Shown piece after piece: positions 10,361-23,805 of a DNA stretch of 56,042 bases (positions are counted from its first letter, which is position 1; the number at the start of each line of letters is the position of its first letter). This stretch comes from Phoronis australis. Taxonomy: Eukaryota > Animalia > Phoronida. A program made the position numbers and the translations under genes. The DNA is taken from positions 34,032 to 90,073 of the forward strand of contig NMRA01000060.1 in assembly GCA_002633005.1 (NCBI GenBank), in the 5' to 3' direction. The notes beneath the pieces were generated by a model, which was not told where the DNA came from, made no database searches, and saw only the letters and a program-made list of their open reading frames with translations.

Positions 10361-13300
10361 CAGGGCCGTAGGAAGCGGGGGGGNNNTTCAGGCGTCAGGG
10401 TTCAACCGTGGCAACCGCCACTCATGGGGCGGGGAAAGTCGAGAAAAGAAAAACTGGTAAATGCGGATAAGAGAGAAGATCAAGAGAAACACTTAACAAC
10501 TCTGTATTAGTGCATGGTTTATCTTTGGGGACCATGACCAGGACATTGTTGTTGGGGTCTCCGCTTTCTAAACGCACTTGAAAACGTGCACGTAATGATT
10601 CATACATTATGTTTTGGAAAATCGAAAAAATGTAAAGCGAATCTTTTGCGGAGCGTATTAATTTACTTGATTTTTAAATTCAGTAAGTCAAAATTTTGCG
10701 ACTGCAAAACCATATTTTTCCTGAGTCCCCTCTCTGGCAAGGGATAACGGAAACAACTGTTGATTTTTTTCTCGAATTGTGTATCACTTGATGCCCTGAC
10801 AGATAACATCAATTGCTGCACATTTCTTGATTTTTCAAAATATTGATAATTTCATATTGAAGGACCCCACCCTTGAAGGAGGCCATTGATGACATTCAAG
10901 TGGACACTCTTTTTATGTTTTTATTTACAATTTCTTAAGGTCCGCTCACTGATAAAGGGCTAATGTTGTACTTGATTAAGTCTAGTTTCTTTTTTTGTGA
11001 AATCGTGCAAATGACTTTCATATTGAAGAGGGTCACTTCCTGCACCGTCTTGTGGCCACACGACGGTGAAATGTCACTCCTTTCCACCTAAAGCTTAATG
11101 ATGTTTAGTTTTTCATAATTAAAGTTCCCATTTTAGACGGTGCCCATGTAAATCTGACACCATGGGCGGCTCAGCACTGCAAAAAGTGTGGGAGTTAAAG
11201 CCCCCAGCCCCCTGTGATGCACCACCCATAGACCATGGGCGGCCCAGCACTGAAGAAAGTGGGGGGCCATAGCCTCCCAGCCCCCTATGGTGTGCCTCCC
11301 ATGGGCATTGCCAAGTATTCTCGAGCGAAGTTGAAATTCCAAGTTCATAAAAAAATCACAAACAGGCGTGCACAACACAGCAGTATCAAGACATTTGGAA
11401 GTGAGCAAAAATACACCTTACTATGAATGCCCTATGAATCTCCCATTTCCCCGGGTAACTTGCCAAAAATTTGCGAGCATGGCTGCGGATATTGCTTACA
11501 ACATTGATTCCCGTTTTGATTAACAAAGTCGTTGGTTTCTGATTTACGCGCTTATGTTTCTACGAAAACCGTCAGGTTAATAGATGATGTTTAGCAATTA
11601 GAAGCTAATCTTTTAAGAAATGATGGCGATTCACGGAATTAAGTTGAAACCTGGATATGGAAAAAACTCTATAATCAGGTCTTTTTGTCTATCTAAAATA
11701 AGTCTCAAAGATATTGATGAAATTTGGACACTTCCCAAAAATTTACCCACAATTCAGAAGACAATAAATACATTGCTTTTGTCTTCGGTACAAGTTTTGT
11801 TGTTTAAAATCACTAACAGGGGATCAAAAGAGAATTAAGTCTTTAAATTAAGGTAAACGCATTGCTCGTAGATTTGATTGGTGGTTTCTGATTTACGTGT
11901 TTATGTATCCATGAAAGTGGACGGATTGACGGATGATTTTTTGACAATTAGAAACTAATCTTGTAGAAATGAGAATGCTTTAATGAACTTAGTTGCAAGT
12001 AGACACCGAGATAATTCGATCTATCATGAGTGCTGGGTTGCATAAAGCTACAAAATTATCCGCGGGATAAATTTGATTGTTGCATGACGTCAAGTGGATT
12101 GCTCAACAATAACAACGTGACGTGTGATAATGCGACGTGACGTCATTGTTGCTATACGGCGTATAACTTTTATGCAACTGAGCCTAGATCCTCGAATATA
12201 AAAGTACGCTAAACGATTTGATTTGTCTATCTGAAATAAGTCTCAATGATATTGATGAATTTTTTGCAATTCTGCAAAGTGTTCCAAAATCCTCTCACAT
12301 TTCAAATGACAGTAAAATGTTTATTAGCTTAGAAACTAGATTACTGGGTTTAAGGTTACAATAAAACTCATTGGTCATCAAATTAGAAAGATTCTACTTG
12401 CAGTTCGGTGATTTCTTTAGTTTCCAGTAGTATTGAACAATGAGTTTTTGTTCTTCAACACTGACTCGTTTTTGCCTTTCCCTTGCATACTACACACACG
12501 GCATGCGAGCACCCAGCCTAACATTTTTGAGGACGTGAACCTTTTACTAAAAAAAAGAAAAAAACGGAGTACGTGGTTCGTTCAGGGCTATGAATCATGC
12601 ATACGCCGAATTCCTATCTTCTTAGTGAACTTTTATGTATTTTTTCTCGGACATTTTGTTTCTTTGAGGCGGATCTTTTTGCCCACTTTTCCAAATGGGG
12701 GGCACCCTGGGTGCGCGCATGCACTGAACACGTAATAACTGGCACGCCCACGTTAAAAGTGTCAGGTGCAACCATGCAGTAGGCCTGCGTAGAATATATA
12801 TTACCCACAAAAGCTAAATTTGAACCCCAGACGTTGAAGTGTGTATATTTTGGGACAAAGGTACACTCTGTATCATTTCCCCCAGCAACCAAAAACTGGA
12901 CTACCAGCTCTACCAGCTGTGTTTCATCTAGGGATTCTGAAACGGCCACAAAGGCACTCATACCAGGCACCTCGGTACCTCACCTTTCCAAAAAATTTCT
13001 TCAAAGACTGGCCATCAATGAAGTTTTCCCGAAACTGTATCAGAAAACAAACCTTGACCTTCGACCCCGAGCAGAGGAATAGGTGCGAAAACACTGTTGG
13101 AGGCCAACTATAGTTACTTCAGGCAGCTCGTTGCAGCTAACCGTCAGTACTCTCCGTGAAACTTTGTTGGTTCACGGTTACTCGGTTGCGGTCTAGGCGG
13201 CTGCATCCTCGGTATTNCCCCCCCCTATGGCGGACGTGGGGGCTCTGTACAAATATGATGACATCCTCAAAGCACGGGTGGGGGTGGCAATAGCAAGGGG

Positions 13301-13363
13301 CTAGGTTGGAAAAGTCAAATTGGTTTGTCCCCCCCCCCAATATTTTTTTCCTTCCTACGGGCT
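10361..13363. mobile_element. Putative non-autonomous TIR element (about 3 kb)
   Basis: Left cagggccgtaggaag..ggggg and right ccccc..cttcctacgggcta are inverted. Contains an internal diverged tandem duplication (about 11500-12330) and small MITEs. Confidence 0.45.
12031..12184. mobile_element. Small MITE with imperfect TIRs (gttgcataaa / tttatgcaac)
   Basis: Inverted ends, inserted into the second unit of a tandem duplication. Confidence 0.55.
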
Positions 13364-14249
13364 ACGATTAATGGACTTGAAGCCACGTGTCTCATGAGGC
13401 GCCATTTTTGAGCGGGAGGGTTGCAAGTCGCTGTCAACAAGACGCGTGGTTGCAGGCAGATAAGGAAATTTTGTATATCAACCCTATTGCTACATCTTAT
13501 AAAAAGCGCCTATTAAACATCACTGACTTCGACGTTTACCATGTTGCTACATATACATGTAACCCACTTTCATTGAAACCTAAGTCAAATCACTCTGTTA
13601 AACCACTCTGTTCTAAGAATATAGGCGTCCGTTCCACATAAAATTGTTGCGTGTATTGCATATCCGTTACCAGATTTTCTAATGACCCGTTGACTGCAGC
13701 CATAGCCGACTAGTCGCCAGTTCACGAAAAATAACGCAATTTTTAAACTGACACATCATTATGGAACCAGCCCCAGTTTTTTGAAAAGGAATGTTGTCAA
13801 CAAGGAGACAAAAAATGATAACACAGTGGGTACCATCACGTACAGCTGTAAGTTTCAAGTAAAAGACCACAGCCTAAATTCAGTTCTTAGTGGCAAACTA
13901 CAGAAGGATATACCTGGTAGCTATATTTACAAACAATATCGTGCTTGCCGATAGTTCAGAAAATTTTGAAGTTGGCGCACGTCTAAACAAGATTTTAAAT
14001 CTTAATCTTCTCGTTTCCAAAAAATATGCCTACTCTGCATCCACATCTGTCGAGAGGTTTCTCACAATATCCTTAAAAATTCTTTTGACATAGCACTGGC
14101 TGTCCATTATTGGAAGCCCTTTGAAAACATTGAACCATAAATGAGATGACTTTAAAATCTTTGAGGACCCTGATGTATTAGCACTTTGCTTAACATGTGC
14201 TGGGTATATTGCACTGTGTTCTTGTTAAATAAATCCAACAAAAACGTGG

Positions 14250-14370
14250 ACGATGATTACCACCACCACCACGACGACAAACGATAATAATAATAAAGAT
14301 AACGATAACGATAATAGTAGTAATAGTAGTAATAGAAATGTAATAGTAGCAATAGTAATAAAAATGATAA
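14250..14370. repeat. Low-complexity (AAT/AGT/GAT)n tract
   Basis: Degenerate trinucleotide repeats. Confidence 0.8.
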
Positions 14371-15445
14371 TGTGTAGCCAAATTCATGCCCTGTCAGCTG
14401 GAAAGGCATTCCAATAGAAGAGGTATTCGAAAGGTGCAGCTCAAAAGGGTTTCACGGCAAAAATACTGTCCAAAACGGTGTCATTTTCGACAAAATACTA
14501 TCTACATGTAAAAGGGTGCCTTTTGAATTTCTGGAACAGAACTGTGCCAAATGTGATTTTTTAGTCAAAATTACTCACTAAATGGGTTCCTTCGTTTTTC
14601 AAGCCCCTTCTCTAAACGGATAGCTATCCAATTTTTTTCGGGCGGCACCCCTCGTTCAAAATACACTGTACTCGAGTACATCATGTCCGTGTCAGATAAC
14701 ATTTGTTCGGAATTTTAATCATTTTGTTTGTAATATGACGTTAGTTTCGTAAAATGTAACAATGGTACATTTCTTTCATGCGCGTTCCACGTAAAATGAA
14801 ACAATTACGTGAAATGTTAGGAGAGGCTTAGCAACGCAAAACGTAACAATGACGTAAAATGTAACAGGTATTACATTTTACGTCGTATCGGGCCTCTCGA
14901 AGGTTTCTGAGTGATTATCCTTGTCTAACCGAGGCTGACCGACCCAAATCTCTGGTAAGTTTTTTTGTTGCACGTTTTTTCCGTCAGCGACGGGCCCCCT
15001 TAACTGCCACGGGCCCGGGGTTGTGGGCCCTCTTGTCTACTCCCTTTCGATGTCCCTGACCATGCATTCAACGTATTTTTATCCAAACTACTTCGAGTAT
15101 TTGTTGAGCAAACCGTGATTTACTAGTTGAGACCGGTGGGCATTTGAAAAAAGACTGTCTTGGTAGAATCGAATTCCGAGATAATGAAGTCGGGATATCG
15201 AGATCCTCAAACAATTAAGGCGGGATCTGGAGAACCTGAGATAATTAAAAAGGAAAAGTGTGATGCCATCTTTGGGCCACCCTTGAATTTGCTATTAACT
15301 ACCAAGACACGTTTATTCTTTCTACCGACTAAGCGTTGGTTAAACAATCATTTAGCTTAAGAGTTGATTTTACTTTAGCACCGCGATGGTGCAGCATGTT
15401 CTTCATCACGATGTGTTAGTTCGTCTCGTGAGGCATGAACATTAC

Positions 15446-15653
15446 CTGGTAGACTGGTCCAAAAGTCACGTGACACTGGAGGCCCATAACCAACTGAGTT
15501 GCTAGCAGAAACGTTGACTTGATACAAACTTCCTGGTGCCAAATGTTTAATGTTGAAATCCCGTGAGGATATGACATGATTTACGCGAGAATCCACGACT
15601 CCAAGTAGTTTGTTCGATGACTTGTTATAGGTCTTCAAAAGTATCCACGAAAT
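15446..15653 (-). CDS. Exon: FN3 domain 6, C-part (ISWILLK...HLAPGSLYQVNVSASNSVGYGPPVSRDFWTSLP)
   Basis: ttttcag| and |gtaatg, 208 nt, phase 0-1. LxPGxxYxVxVSAxNxxGxG motif. Confidence 0.93.
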
Positions 15654-16021
15654 CTGAAAAGTGTGCAAAGGTGAGTATTTCATTTTTGTACTTTCTGAAA
15701 TATGAGTTAACACATTTTAGAACTTGAAAACAGATTTTTGACAAATTCGAAAATCGCTGAATATGACACGAGTAGGTTTCTTGAAAATTATATTCCCGTA
15801 ACTGGTGATTTTTTCACTTAATCACTTGTTTGGAAATTCAGCAATGCGGACTGTACTCATTTCAACAAGTTAACACTTAAATGTTTCCATTTTTAGATTT
15901 CAGTCAAAGAAATCCACAACTGAAAAATGAGAAATGTCGGAAACGACAAAAATTGAAAGAAAACATAATAGCAGACATACAAAAAAACATTCCGGCAAGA
16001 ATGGGACACAACAATGGTTAC

Positions 16022-16125
16022 CATGTATTGTGTTATTTGTCCGTTGTGCATCCTCGGTCGGTTCCACGACAGGGCTAGACTGTGTCTGGCTTTGGTAGCC
16101 GTAAGTGCCGATGGAGGACCAGGGA
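16022..16125 (-). CDS. Exon: FN3 domain 6, N-part (VPGPPSALTATKARHSLALSWNRPRMHNGQITQYM)
   Basis: ccctgtttag| and |gtaacc, 104 nt, phase 1-0. Confidence 0.92.
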
Positions 16126-17017
16126 CTAAACAGGGAAAAAGTCGTTTACAGAAACATGGAACGTAAAACAAACAAACGGAAATGTATTCATATTTACAGA
16201 TGAGTCCCTCAATTTATTTTTGTTGATACTATATATACGCACATGGTCAAGTTAATTGTATCCTTTAATAGCAAAGCAGACACATGCACGTGCTTTCTAG
16301 AAACGGTATCCTATCTAGAATTATCAGACGCTCTCAAGGCTGCTTCTGATCACGTGACCTAGCCGTTCTCACTAAAAAGAACCTTCTCGAGAACGTCTGC
16401 CAACATAAGACGAGTTTTCAGTAATTTGTATGAAAGTGAGGCAATTATTATGCAAACAGCCATCAGAAGGAATATCCCATGGCGCCTTATCCGGTTGTAA
16501 TTGTAATGCCCGTATAATTCGTCCACTTACGAAACAAATCACAGACTATATATACTTCATCAAGTATCTGTGCATGGATAAAACGCTGTTTGGTGTCTTC
16601 ATTTCAGCGCTAATATTTTGTATCTACAGTTTTACCTGGTTAACGCACCTCGCCATAACACTGGGGTATTGCGGAAAAAACTCGTTTAATTGGTGTTGTC
16701 CGGGTTGATACTCATGTTCACTTCAAAACTTAACGCACTGGGCGTTAACCCGGTAGAGTGTTATAAAACTCCTATGTGATCGACTTATCATATCCTGAAC
16801 CCGAACATAGGAGAGAACATTTGTTCGGTGTTTGAAGGTAAATATGAAATAAATCTCCATCTTCGCGCGGCGTTCCATGCCGTAACCCGGGTTTGCCCTA
16901 TCAGTAATTCCTACCATTTTTGAAAGTCAGTATGTTTAATATGATAATACAATCTCTGATGCATAGTCCTGTAGTTTGACTCGCTTTCTAAAAGGATTCC
17001 TAGTTACGGCATTCCAG

Positions 17018-18400
17018 GGCCCGGTCTCCAATCTCCGTACTCAGACTCATACTCATACTCGAGATTTCATACTCAAAATCGTGCTCACTGGAGTCGTACT
17101 CAAAAAAGCGTATCTAATGTCGTATTTCGAGTAGACTCCAAACGTACTCAAATCTGAAACTCATATTCGAGTTGCTATGGAACTCTTTATGATGTGAAAT
17201 GCAAAATCACGCAAAGCCGCGCTGATTCAACGCTCCCTACTGGAATAGACAACCCCAAGAACTAGGCCTACATTATCTTCTGCTGTCGCTACAACTACAA
17301 GAGTATGTCTATAACGTGGAATTTTGTGTGTTCTGTAGCTGTTATTCATTTTTTAGTTTCAATAAATATTCCTATGCCATTTCTTTGATACATTTGGCAA
17401 TTATTAAGCTTTACTTCTTGAGTTCCTCACCCAGTCCCGAAAATGTCTTAAGAAATTTGTAACAGCTAATCACATCACATCTCTGTTGCTAATTTAGTCT
17501 TGACATAAAACGCATTGCTGTGTAGGTCTACGCTGATGTCAAACTTTGATACTGTATCTTTGTATTTTACCGGGATGTATCAAGTGAGTTGACATTTGGC
17601 ACGTGAGTTAAAAAACAATACTTGTGCAGGCATTCAGAGTTCACCAGTGGCAATGAACGGGACGAGACGTCTACTTAGAAATCGGCAAACAAAATCTGGA
17701 ATTCCATTTGGGGATTGAGGAATTATAGATGACTAATTAAGTTATGATGAGAAATGCACCTGACAGGGAAGCGAACTTTTTTAACTTCCCTCCCCTCCTC
17801 GTCTTTTGGAAACCCTACAAAACGTAGGCACCCATACCGAAATAAGGGCAGCACAAACTTCTCACATGACTTTTCCCACAACACAACTGCTTTCGACGCT
17901 TGTTATGACTCGCCGACAAGGGATTACAATGCGCCTGTTGTAGAGGTAGAATGGCGGCCATAACATACAGTGATACGGCGGGTTAATAAGGTGAAGAATA
18001 AGAAGATTTAAGATGAAAACTATTATCTCTGAACTGAAATTGAAGTGCTGAGATACGGTAAGAGGGCTTATTTTTTTAGATTTGCTGTGTTTCTTGGTTC
18101 CCTTTCGATATTTTGTTCTCTGACTCGTATTTTTTCGAGTACGATTTCAAGCACACTGCCATACCAAACTTGAAATTTGAGCATAGACTCCGAATTTTTA
18201 CTCAAAATCGTACTCGAAATATAGATGAGATACACTTCAGTTCGAGTACACTCGAAAACTGAGTACGTGCTCGAAATTTCAAGTACAGATTTTTCGAGTA
18301 TGACATTGAATACACCAAAGCTGAGTCTTTACTCGAGTTGAGTATGAAGTGTGAGTTTGAGCATGATTCGAGTCTGAGTACGGAGATTGGAGACCGGGCC
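17018..18400. mobile_element. Non-autonomous PIF/Harbinger-type DNA transposon (1.38 kb)
   Basis: Perfect ~30-bp TIR GGCCCGGTCTCCAATCTCCGTACTCAGACTC, 3-bp TSD CAG (17015-17017 and 18401-18403), TACTC-rich subterminal repeats. Confidence 0.85.
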
Positions 18401-18444
18401 CAGAACACGAAGGCGCATATTAGTGCACTTCCTTTGGGCTTTAC

Positions 18445-18532
18445 CTGAATCTTTCACCTGTACCACAATTTCGTCACTCCAATCACCTTCCATTTGGTCG
18501 TTTCTTGGTGGACATTTTGAAACTGCTCGCAC
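18445..18532 (-). CDS. Exon: FN3 domain 5, C-part (VRAVSKCPPRNDQMEGDWSDEIVVQVKDS)
   Basis: tttcgagtag| and |gtaaag, 88 nt, phase 0-1. GxWS motif. Confidence 0.88.
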
Positions 18533-18688
18533 CTACTCGAAAGATAAATTACGCATGTATCAAACTACAGCTTTGCCTTACAGGTATGCCTCACGACAGA
18601 ATGAGAAATATAAATTTGCAGGACTCAACCGCCCTTCAAACGAATCTTGAGTTTAACCAAGTTACACCTCTAACACAAGAATACCTGC

Positions 18689-18891
18689 CTTAAAACAGTA
18701 GCGTCTATCCACCAGTAAATCAGAAATGAGAAGTGAAGAACAAGGGTGGCGACATGTTCCAGCTGTAGTCGAGTTGGCAAGGACTTCATAGCTGGTCAAA
18801 GGTCCATGACTTGGGCATGGAATGTCCCACAGTAGCTGCACCGAGCTAGAGTTTACAAATCCTCTTATGACCCCAGTCAGTTTCGGTGGCT
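18689..18891 (-). CDS. Exon: FN3 domain 5, N-part (KPPKLTG...VQLLWDIPCPSHGPLTSYEV...DLLVDRRYCFK)
   Basis: tattttcag| acceptor, 203 nt, phase 1-0, ending at a GC donor (AAG|gcaggt). Confidence 0.85.
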
Positions 18892-19160
18892 CTGAAAATA
18901 GAACAGTGAGCGTTGTAGGCAGCTAGTAAATCCCTTCAGGATCCAAGATTTTACTAGTTGACGTCTGATCAGCGCTTAACATGAGCGTTGACAAAGGCGT
19001 TTTTATCTCCCATCACACTATTACTTCGTAAAATATGAAAACGCATGGGTGATCAGAGGCTAACCCCAAGTTAGCAGTCATTTTAGGATAGGAAGGCATA
19101 TCTGAGGACGGCACTCAATATGTCGAAAACTATTTTGGATGCGAATGTATGAACCCTTAC

Positions 19161-19463
19161 TTGAACACAAAGTTTTTCCAGTAACCCCATCACTCCAGGG
19201 TCCTTTGTGGATGTCAACCAGTGGTCTTACTCGCATAGAATAGTTGACGAATGGGATCAACTCGTATATCCTTACAATTGGCGATATAGTGGTACATCTG
19301 CTTCGTTTCTGCTCTAAGCAAGAGTGGTTTACTTGTTGAAATTCGTACTCGTACCCGGTGATCTGACCGTTCCTGCTCTCGCATCTTGGAGGTTCCCATC
19401 GAAAGCCAAGAGAAGTTGTTGAAGGGTGTTGTGTTGACAGGTGTGACACTGGAACACTTGGAG
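19161..19463 (-). CDS. Exon: FN3 domain 4 (APSVPVSHL...FRWEPPRCESRNGQITGY...LIPFVNYSMRVRP...GPWS)
   Basis: aatttcag| and |gtaagg, 303 nt, phase 1-1. WxPPxCxxRNGxITGY motif. Confidence 0.93.
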
Positions 19464-19962
19464 CTGAAATTAACGCCGAGAAAATATGAAATTAATTATA
19501 TTGGCAGCACTCAGTGCCCACAAACAAATGCATATTCTAGGTTATAGGCTACGCCAATACGGACTTGAGTGATCTTAAATCCAGTAAGCTAATGTCTTGC
19601 GACATGATGTGTGAACAAGTCGAGATTATTGACTAATATTTGTGTCCAAAAGTTCGTTGATGTCCAAGTACAATATCCATATTAAACCACCCTCACACTT
19701 AGTTGATTTAACGGCAGCGTATACGCGAGTACAATAAGTTCGTTGGAAGATGTTAAGTTCGTTTGGTTGTTGCTGGGACTAAGTTCTTTGTTATTCTTTG
19801 ACAATTCAGTACAAAGATCAAAACTTGAAATTAATTGTCCGAAATTCGTTGTAGGGCCAACGCGAATGTATGTTCGTATGCAATAGTGAAGAGGCAGCCC
19901 ACAAAACTTAGCATGTAGGTGAACGATGTACCAATTTCTAACCATAGGGGCACTTAGAATCC

Positions 19963-20112
19963 AGTATCTGACTTAAGGGGGGCCAAGGGGCCATGGCCCC
20001 CTAACATTCTTTCAGATTCCATTTGGCAGTTCGGGGTGCAAATGTCTGACGGGCAAAATCCTGTCTAATACTCTGCTCTGGCACCCCTAACTCAAATTGC
20101 TGGATCCGCCCC
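19963..20112. mobile_element. MITE copy flanked by 8-bp direct repeat TAGAATCC (hAT-like TSD)
   Basis: TAGAATCC at 19955-19962 and 20113-20120. Homologous to 1-236 and, inverted, to 27983-28140. Confidence 0.7.
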
Positions 20113-23100
20113 TAGAATCCACCTCACCATATACAGAAATACACGTATGCCGTTGTCTACACGGTGAGTTGTGTCCGCTAAAATTCCCCAAAACTCACAG
20201 CCAAGTATGTCATTGAAAGTTTGAGCTGCACTTTGATATTCGACGTATCGTCTGAGTTAAAACCAACAATTGTGCCGCAGTCAACACCGGGTGACCTTTG
20301 ACTTAAATTGTCCTCTGGGAAGGGTCTGCCAGAAACTCAAAAACGGCGTCCGAAAGGAGGTAGCTCATATATTCGAGGTACCAAAACAAATCCGTGTGAT
20401 TCAAATACAAGTTACTGATTCCTACGCGTAAATGGCCTGTGAGAGACAAAAACCCTTTCTGGGTTGAGTGTCAGTCCCAGAAATCTCAACCAGGTTCGTG
20501 AAAATTTGTGAGATATTACGTGATGAAAATCCCGGTTAAATCTTGGTAAGGTTTTGTAGAATAAAGATTTTCCACATGTATAAGGAAAGGTTTTGTGATC
20601 ACGCAGTTCATGGCGAATTCTTGTATTTTCGTAACACTTTTGAGGCTATTAAAGTGGCACTAGGTGCCAGATATATGATGGAGGAGCGTAAGCATTTTGG
20701 AAAGTACACGAAAACGCTAAAACTTTGGGATACCTGGAACTGTCAAAAACCAACCCAACTGTACTTCAGCGACATCTCGTGACCGCTAAACTTGCGTTAG
20801 ATCGAGGAACCATGAAATGGTTTGAAAAGAGTCCTATCATTACAATCACAAAACAATGCTTTTAAAGAAACCAATAGACATGTTTTTAAAAATATTTTTT
20901 ATCAAAATAAACTCGAAATAGTCATCACAACGCTTTCAAACAGTCACCCAACAATTAAAATAACATCCGTGTCAGAGCCAATAATCAATGTATTGATATT
21001 GATTGTTTTTTCCAGGGATAGTCGCAGCTTTGACCTTCTCTCCCGGTCGCAAATCACTTTGTGTCACCCTACATTGGTGCCATCTATCCCTACCGGTAGC
21101 CACCAAATTCTCCCCACCAGCACCCACATAATTACCACAAACACTTTTCCACAACACGCTGAGAACGGATAAGACCTAATAGCGGCGCGGAGGGACGTTT
21201 GTGGCTATATCGGCGAGCTTGAGCTAATTTCGATTTCGGACTCTACATGTATGCCATTAACTGACTCAAATGGCCGATAACGGGCGCTTTTCACAAGACT
21301 GAAAAAATCAATGTCCGGTACTTCTGAAATCGACAACGATGGTCGATAAACGTGAATTTGTCAGGACTTTTCGAAATTTCTAGCTTGGGAACAGGTGTGG
21401 ACTGCATTGCGAGGCGACCATGCGGGAACATTAATGCTACACCGGCCAGCTTGCGCTCAGTTCAGTTTTGGGGTATACGCTTGCCGAGGTTGCCTTATCG
21501 TCCACGGCTGACGGCTACGTTTCGGTGGCCATCCCCAGTCTACCCATTGCAGACGACGCACATATAAATTGTACACCTACGTGTAAAACAGGTAATAATT
21601 ACAGATAAATGGTGCACTTTTCGTGACCCAGAAAATATGTTGTGTTAAGCTCCAGCGTTGCCCTCGAGTGTGTGCCTTGTGATGCAACCAACAGCGAGTT
21701 CTAGGGGCTAGCCTCTGCGAATTTCCCGAGAAATGCAGTCCGTTTATCGGCCATTCTTGTGGGTGTAGAAAAATGTCTTCTGCAATAGGCAAGTGGGGGA
21801 TGTTCAATTTCCAGAAAATTGTACCGTTTATCGGCCATTTGTGTCAGTTTCAGAAGTACGTGCTCTGTAATGTGCAGGGTTGGCGAACCAACAGTAGCGA
21901 GTCAGCAGTGGCCGCAAAACTGACAAGTCAGTCTGGGCAAGCATACAACCCGAAGGGGAAATTAGTTCAAGTTGTCAGTTGTCGCAAGCTTCTCTCGTGG
22001 CTCGATGTTGTCCGCAGTCAGGTTCTGGGAGGACCTTAGGGCTCTTCTCTGCAAACGGTAAGTGTCACGTCGCGATTTAGTCCTGCCGGAGAGCGTTGTA
22101 CACTGAAGTCCAGGGCCCCGTCTCTGCGGACGGCGATGATCGCTGTGCCGCAAAGCAGTGATATCCCAGCAAAGCGTGCACCCCGCGTTCCCCAGACAGT
22201 ACAAACAGGGTCTACAAAAGGCTTGTGACCCCGGACTATAGCCAATAGTATTTCTGATGGCAATCCACGATTACAGTGATTCCTCCGACAAAGAAATTGT
22301 AGTGCTAACGGGCGGTGACGCGGCCATGTTATTGAATTATTTCCAGGTTTCTCCGGCCGCAGGAAAAGTTATTGTTTGAATGACACATTTCCAGTGTTCG
22401 TTTATACCTTAAATCGACCCACTGTTGTGGATATTACTTTGGAAATTTCAATTATCCTGACAACTTTTGTAACATGGTAAACTTCTAAGGATGAAAGTGT
22501 ACATGTATATAAAACACCCTGCCCGCGTCTCATAGACGTAAAATTTGTTATCATGACTTGGTTGAATGTTTTTCGAAGATTATCCTTCTCCCTGATCTAA
22601 TCTGAAACAATTTTGCGTTTACCATTCCAACCGTTGACAACTATCCCCCCTGAGTTCAGTCAGTTGGAATACTGCTGGCTACTACTCAATCTAATTAACT
22701 GCTCAATAAATAAATTCAGAATCACGAATATTACTTTGGAAATTTCAAATATCATGAACTAAACAAAACACAACCATACATTTACCTTTGTGCTATTATG
22801 AATATCATTGGATGAAAATGTCTATGAAGCAACGTGAAAGCCTCGACTTGTACGTCTCTTTTGGAAATAAAATCTATATTCGAAGGTTTTGGTTTCATGT
22901 GTTTCGTGGTTTATGATGCACATCCAAAATAAGCAAGTCCAGTAAGTCGAAGTCATCGTCCAACACCGCCAAATCCAACAAAATATCATGGTCTTTTATT
23001 TCTTGTTTACTACAATTAACCCTACGTGTAGCCGGAACAATAGAGATTTTCGGCTACCAATGAAACGCGAACGCGATAGCGTGGGGTCAGTACTCCTTTA

Positions 23101-23805
23101 CTTATTACGTCAAAATGTTAATCTGCATAATTGGCGACTAATTTCATAGTTCCTTAAATCTATGCAACACATTAATGTTTTTAGAAAGTTTAGCGAAACA
23201 AGAGATGGTGTAATTTAGTAGGTGTGTCTTACTTTATTGAATGTTCGAAACATGACCTTGTTTGAGTTCGTCGTCATGTTGCTATTTTTTCTCAGGAAAC
23301 CTACAGGTGGTAATGGGTGTCAGAGAAAAAGTATATTTATGTTTCGCGCCACCATCTCAATTTCCGAAATATGTTATGGAAACAAAAGATAAGAATACAA
23401 AGCAAACAAGAAATCCACTAGAAAAGACGAAAGTCGGATTTGGCAAGAATTTGGTTAAACATGAACCGCACTTGTGTATACTCTCGTCAGACAATTAAAG
23501 TAGACACAAGACGAAAAAAGCTAAAAGGATACCAAACCGGCTTTTGACCTGTAACAGATATGAAAAACGACTTTGCTATTTAGTTATTGTATTGTATCTT
23601 AAACAAAATAGAGCCCTATGTAACCAACGTCAACCCTGCAAATTCCTTACAAAGACTGCGTAACAGGCAAGCGTGATCCACGCTTTAGGTAAGTATGTGA
23701 TTTTAGTTTTACTATGCTTTTATTACTCATGTGTGGCAGAGCAAGGATTGGTTGAAATCGCCAGAACAAAGTTTAGTATCCGTTTAACTGAGAGTAATCT
23801 AATAC

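Larger units (their letters stand above)
8780..14175 (+). mobile_element. Possible highly decayed hAT-type transposase relic, interrupted by a 3-kb insertion
   Basis: LNLL..SASTSVERFLTI near 14000-14070 resembles the hAT dimerisation motif PxSTAxxERxFS. Weakly hAT-like fragments at 8790-8984 and 9794-10006. Many stops. Confidence 0.3.
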
